From: Minisyncoccota bacterium
GTDB taxonomy: Bacteria; Patescibacteriota; Minisyncoccia; Phycocordibacterales; SW-6-46-9
Assembly (NCBI GenBank): GCA_040904025.1
Contig: JBBDUG010000033.1
Span: 365 to 64,364, forward strand
Reading direction: 5' to 3'
Length of the DNA stretch: 64,000 bases
The notes below the pieces were generated by a model. It saw only the letters and a list, made by a program, of their open reading frames with translations. It was not told the DNA's origin and did no database searches. Shown here one piece after another: positions 60,176 to 64,000 of this stretch. The position numbers and the translations under genes were made by a program. Positions within the stretch are counted from its first letter, which is position 1. The number at the start of each line of letters is the position of its first letter.

Positions 60176-61012
60176 TCATTCCTCCCTCTGATATACATCT
60201 GCAACCTCCGCTCCGATAAAGAGGATTTGAAGACCGTAGTATATCCATAACAATATCGCAATCACAAACGCCGAAGCGCTAAAGATAGAGGTAAAGAGTT
60301 GTAGTTGTAGATAAAATGCAAAGATTCCATTGAGAACAAGGAAGAAAAATGATGCAACCAACCCACCAATAAATGCATGTTTCCAACTAAGGCGAAATTG
60401 CGATCCGATTCGATAGAGAGATGCATACAACCCACCAACAACAAAAAGTGTAATGAGGGTGTTGAGTATATGGAAGAAAGTGGTGGAAAACATCCCGCCA
60501 ACAACTTTCTCGAGATGACTCAAAGAAGCGGCGATGAAGACATTTATAACAATGAAGATGATTGCAAGGAAAAACGATATGACAAGATAGACCAAACTCC
60601 ATCCCCGATCCCACATAACCCTTTTCATCATCGAACTTTTCTCAACCCCCTCGATAAGAAAGATGTCCTGAAGTGCATGTCTAAGGTGTAAAAAGAGACG
60701 AGAAGCACCATAAAGGAGAAGCACTATACCGAGCACAGAATAGAGTGCGTTTGAGGTGACCTCTTCGACCCCGGAGAGAACTCTCTCAAAGAAGAGCACT
60801 GCTTCTGCACCAAAAACTGCTCCCCCAAAGGAAAGAACCTGTGTCTCAATCACCTCTCTCCCCAACACCACAGATGCAAATGCAATACCCAAAACCGCCA
60901 AAGGAACCAGAGAGATAATGCTGTAGTATGAAAGAGCAGCCGCTCTTTCAGAGATACGATCACTTTTCCACGCACTATATATTGCTTTAATTGTCTGTAT
61001 CTTTTTCTCCAT
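60176..61012 (-). CDS. YihY/BrkB (ribonuclease BN-like) family membrane protein
   Basis: AAALSYYSIISLVPL near the N-terminus. The start at the internal Met MEKKIQ is preferred over the ORF-track start at 61330. Confidence 0.6.
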   Translation of the reverse strand: MEKKIQTIKAIYSAWKSDRISERAAALSYYSIISLVPLAVLGIAFASVVLGREVIETQVLSFGGAVFGAEAVLFFERVLSGVEEVTSNALYSVLGIVLLLYGASRLFLHLRHALQDIFLIEGVEKSSMMKRVMWDRGWSLVYLVISFFLAIIFIVINVFIAASLSHLEKVVGGMFSTTFFHILNTLITLFVVGGLYASLYRIGSQFRLSWKHAFIGGLVASFFFLVLNGIFAFYLQLQLFTSIFSASAFVIAILLWIYYGLQILFIGAEVADVYQREE

Positions 61013-61343
61013 TGTGTAGGTATATAGTATCACGCCCCTCTTCATACTCCGCCTCTCGTGCTGTTGATCGTCGATATGCATCCTCAAACTTTTGTGTGTA
61101 CGTATGAACCTTTCGCAAAAGAAGCCAAAGAGCAAGTGAGACGATAACCATAAACACACAAGCAACATAAAAGAGTACACGTGCCGCTTGATGCGGACCA
61201 CCGAGAATGCTCCCAAATCCCAAAAGTGCCAATCCACCGAGTACAATAATAGCAACGAGAGCCGCACTGGTAATATACCCCACGATGAGATCATGAACAT
61301 ACCCCCGCGCTTCTCCCGCTGGATCCTCAAGCCATTTTTTCAT
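60987..61343 (-). CDS. Small two-TM membrane protein
   Basis: Distinct frame overlapping the long ORF-track ORF. Two hydrophobic helices. Start chosen at MKKWLEDPAGE. Confidence 0.35.
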   Translation of the reverse strand: MKKWLEDPAGEARGYVHDLIVGYITSAALVAIIVLGGLALLGFGSILGGPHQAARVLFYVACVFMVIVSLALWLLLRKVHTYTQKFEDAYRRSTAREAEYEEGRDTIYLHNGEKDTDN

Positions 61344-61448
61344 AACTTCACCGCGACTGTGTAAAGAAAAAAGTTTAAATAAAATCATATCTTTATCATA
61401 TTATTCTCTGTTGTCTCTATAATCATACGCTGCATATCTAACCAGGGA

Positions 61449-62288
61449 TCAATAATCAAACTCAGAAAATCCGAAGTCAAGAATACGATTATCACGATTT
61501 ATCTCATCGATCTGCTCTATATCCTCCGCTTCAAGATTCCAAGAGAGCGTCTCCCAATTATCACGTATATGCTCTCTTTTGTTCGAGCGTGGAATTGCCA
61601 CCGCCCCTTTTGCAAGTATCCAATTCAATACAACCTGAGCTGTACTTACATCATATTTTTCTGCAATCTCTTTAATAACCGGCTCTTTTAAATCCGCCCC
61701 TTGTGCAAGAGGAGAATACGCAGTCAAAACAATATCTTCATTCTTGCAATATTCTAAAAGCTCCTTTTGATAGAAGGTGGGATGAAATTCAACCTGATTA
61801 CACACAATATCTCCCCCGAGCTCTTTTTCATCCTCAAGATGATGGATGGTAAAGTTGGAGACACCAATGTAGCGCACTTTACCCTCGTCCCGTATCTCAT
61901 GAAGTGCTTTTAGTGTATCTTCAAGAGGAATATTCCGATTCGGCCAATGAATGAGGTAGAGATCAACATAATCCGTATTGAGTAGATTGAGAGTCTGTTC
62001 TATTTCAGTCTTTACCCCTTCATAATGAAGGTTGGTATGCCACACCTTTGAGGTGATAAATATGTCCTCACGATCAACGCTACTTTTCTCTACCGCCTCC
62101 CCTATTGCATCCTGATTCTTGTACACCGAGGCGGTATCAATATGCCGATATCCAATATCTAAAGCTGCAGAAACCATATCAACCGCCCCCTGATCAGTTA
62201 ATCTATACGTCCCCAAGCCAAGTGCGGGAATTTTAAAATCCTTTTTTCCGTGAACGTATTTCATACCCCCATTATACACTCTACCCAT
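61449..62288 (-). CDS. Aldo/keto reductase
   Basis: LGLGTYRL, IGYRHIDTA, GVSNF motifs. The alternative start at 62264 avoids overlap with the upstream gene. Confidence 0.8.
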   Translation of the reverse strand: MGRVYNGGMKYVHGKKDFKIPALGLGTYRLTDQGAVDMVSAALDIGYRHIDTASVYKNQDAIGEAVEKSSVDREDIFITSKVWHTNLHYEGVKTEIEQTLNLLNTDYVDLYLIHWPNRNIPLEDTLKALHEIRDEGKVRYIGVSNFTIHHLEDEKELGGDIVCNQVEFHPTFYQKELLEYCKNEDIVLTAYSPLAQGADLKEPVIKEIAEKYDVSTAQVVLNWILAKGAVAIPRSNKREHIRDNWETLSWNLEAEDIEQIDEINRDNRILDFGFSEFDY

Positions 62289-63159
62289 TCACACACGCAT
62301 TATACGCACGTACATTCTTATTATATTCTTCAATATCACGCTCCGTCTCTTCAACCAGATCATTAAAGTCATCAACAAGTGAGTTATACGCCTCCACGTT
62401 CTCCTGATTACGGTCTTCTTCGACATCTTGCCTCAGAGCGAGTAATTGTTCTTCCCAGATCTCAAGCTGTACTTGATTCCCCCCTATTTCTTGAGAGAGT
62501 CTGCCATTAACCTGAGGACAAGCACTCTTCGGCAATCCAAACTCCTGGACAGCAACCCATACCTCACGCCCATCATATACTCCGCGCGCAACTCCAACAC
62601 CTATCTCACTAAATTTCTCATGCAGAATGTTCGCTCGATGCCCCGGAGAATTCATCCACGCCTCAACAAGATCTCGATCATTTTCAAATACACCCATTGC
62701 TAAATTCTCTCCAACGAGAATATAGTCATATCCTACTGCTTCCACCACATCAGAAGGACCTCTCCCATCCGGACTCACATGTGCAAAATATCGCTCGTCA
62801 AGAATATCTCGCGCTTTGTTGTATGCAGCCTGTGAGAGAGTGGGGTTTTCTTTCAAAGAAAGTTGTGCATTTAATGCACGCTCTATATTTGATTCTATGA
62901 TAATACCAGAGACGGTAAGTTCTGTTCCCGATATGTCTCCATCCGAGGAGACAAAAAGTGGTTCCTTGGGAACCAAAACTCTCTCTATCCTCTCTATTGT
63001 TGCGTCACGCGCCTCACCTATATTATCTGAGATACGTATATCTGTGAGAACATGTGGTGCACCGATAAAAATACGGGCCACATCTCCAAACACACCAAAT
63101 TGCACCTGTATGAAGACAAGCGCTGCTGCAATTAGTATGTAAATACTATATCGCTTCAT
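62281..63159 (-). CDS. Membrane-anchored CAP/SCP (YkwD-like) domain protein with a C-terminal coiled-coil
   Basis: NSPGHRANIL and GVGVARG are typical of the CAP domain. N-terminal TM helix. Confidence 0.6.
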   Translation of the reverse strand: MKRYSIYILIAAALVFIQVQFGVFGDVARIFIGAPHVLTDIRISDNIGEARDATIERIERVLVPKEPLFVSSDGDISGTELTVSGIIIESNIERALNAQLSLKENPTLSQAAYNKARDILDERYFAHVSPDGRGPSDVVEAVGYDYILVGENLAMGVFENDRDLVEAWMNSPGHRANILHEKFSEIGVGVARGVYDGREVWVAVQEFGLPKSACPQVNGRLSQEIGGNQVQLEIWEEQLLALRQDVEEDRNQENVEAYNSLVDDFNDLVEETERDIEEYNKNVRAYNACVNG

Positions 63160-63281
63160 TGAAGAACATTATTAATTCTGTTCTCCATAATAGTATCAGA
63201 AGATACTGTATTACAGTACTTCACTTCTTTTATATATACTGTCATATATACTGTACGTATTAGGAACCTAACACAACCACT

Positions 63282-63473
63282 ATGCTTCCAAACACAACAT
63301 ATGACCTTGCCGAACAACTCTCACAAGAAAGCAAGAGTCTCTGGCGGATTGAAAATGAATATATTCAAAATGCCGAGGGAAACGGAGAACTTACCACATT
63401 CTGGAAGGAGATGAAGAAAGATAAGGAACAACACATTACGCGCATCACAGAGCTTCTTAAGAAAGAGCTTTAA
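63282..63473 (+). CDS. Small hypothetical protein (63 aa)
   Basis: ORF only. No motif. Confidence 0.25.
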   Translation: MLPNTTYDLAEQLSQESKSLWRIENEYIQNAEGNGELTTFWKEMKKDKEQHITRITELLKKEL

Positions 63474-64000
63474 CTACGACTCTATTTGAGTACCAAGGTA
63501 CTCATAGCAATACCAATAATCATCATAGCTAGTGATGTATGCATTGCATTCACTTGAATCAATTTCCCGCTTTTGATACCACAGTAAGTATGCACCAGAA
63601 GGACCCCCAGATACTCCATTGTGATTGGAATGAAAAAGGTATTCATTTGTTGCAAAGTTATCACCTGATATATCTGGTCGAGGTAATTCGGTGAAATATT
63701 CAAGCAAGGCGTTGGTTAACGTGGCACTACTTGAATATGCACCCTTCCAACATGTCTCGCCCGCTGGGGCAAGGCACCTCCACGTCCCTCCGGTAAAGGG
63801 ATATGCCCCTGTCTCCTGTCGTATTGAAGAAAGTGCAATTTTAATCTGATTGCGATCAGCTAACCGTCGAGCATCTGCCGCCTTAGTACGTGCAAAATTA
63901 AGTGAAGCCAAAACAACGGAAGCAAGAACACCAATGATTGCAATCACAACCAGAAGCTCTATGAGTGTAAAACCTCTCCTTTTGAAATGTTCTGTTACTG
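63474..64000 (-). CDS. Type IV pilin / pseudopilin (prepilin-type N-terminal cleavage/methylation domain). The N-terminus runs off the 3' window edge.
   Basis: Reading upstream of the annotated Met gives ...KRRGFTLIELLVVIAIIGVLASVVLASL, the canonical G|FTLIELL prepilin motif. The start codon lies beyond position 64000. Confidence 0.8.
   Translation of the reverse strand, partial: VTEHFKRRGFTLIELLVVIAIIGVLASVVLASLNFARTKAADARRLADRNQIKIALSSIRQETGAYPFTGGTWRCLAPAGETCWKGAYSSSATLTNALLEYFTELPRPDISGDNFATNEYLFHSNHNGVSGGPSGAYLLWYQKREIDSSECNAYITSYDDYWYCYEYLGTQIES

Noticed and set aside
63199-63222. LexA SOS box
   Set aside because: CTGT and ACAG half-sites are separated by 3 nt instead of the 8-10 nt of an SOS box. 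The Cheo-box GAAC-N4-GTTC spacing is also absent.

Overview
This is a gene-dense, mostly minus-strand bacterial chromosomal window. It has no rRNA, CRISPR array, transposase, integrase or reverse transcriptase. Housekeeping genes dominate: gyrA, gyrB, valS, leuS, pheS-pheT, alr, tsf, rpsB, prfA, rpmE, rplY, ychF, fba, gap, rpiB, an rpe-like gene, a transketolase split into two subunit genes, malic enzyme and ndh. Two tRNAs are present, Lys-CTT on the plus strand and Thr-TGT on the minus strand. The gene content (short aminoacyl-tRNA synthetases, split transketolase, many small membrane or secreted hypothetical proteins, a type IV pilin, and tightly overlapping genes) suggests a reduced-genome Gram-positive-like or Patescibacteria/CPR-like organism. 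That placement is a guess. TGA is used as a stop codon, so the code is standard.

The most unusual locus is a tight minus-strand operon at 3793-8570. It holds five paralogous secreted or membrane proteins that share a ~65-aa two-helix hairpin module resembling TrbC/VirB2-type type IV secretion system pilins. Two of them carry PKD domains and two carry Cys-rich tails. A membrane-anchored orphan solute-binding protein and a SAM methyltransferase sit upstream in the same operon, just downstream of gyrA. This looks like a surface pilin or adhesin system of unknown function, with no secretion ATPases nearby.

The second notable feature is a complete Nudix-hydrolase domain, with an intact Nudix box, inserted inside LeuRS. 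Other oddities are:
- a sigma-70 region-4 plus HARE-HTH fusion protein;
- an SPFH protein paired with a membrane partner;
- a candidate structured RNA in the Hsp20 3' region;
- a 315-nt leuS leader with an opposite-strand terminator;
- a probably leaderless valS;
- an RF1 with a PET tripeptide in place of PAT or PVT;
- two ECF sigma / anti-sigma modules flanking VKOR-like and GerMN-like proteins;
- a truncated type IV prepilin gene at the 3' window edge.

All protein family calls come from reading motifs by eye and have not been searched against databases.
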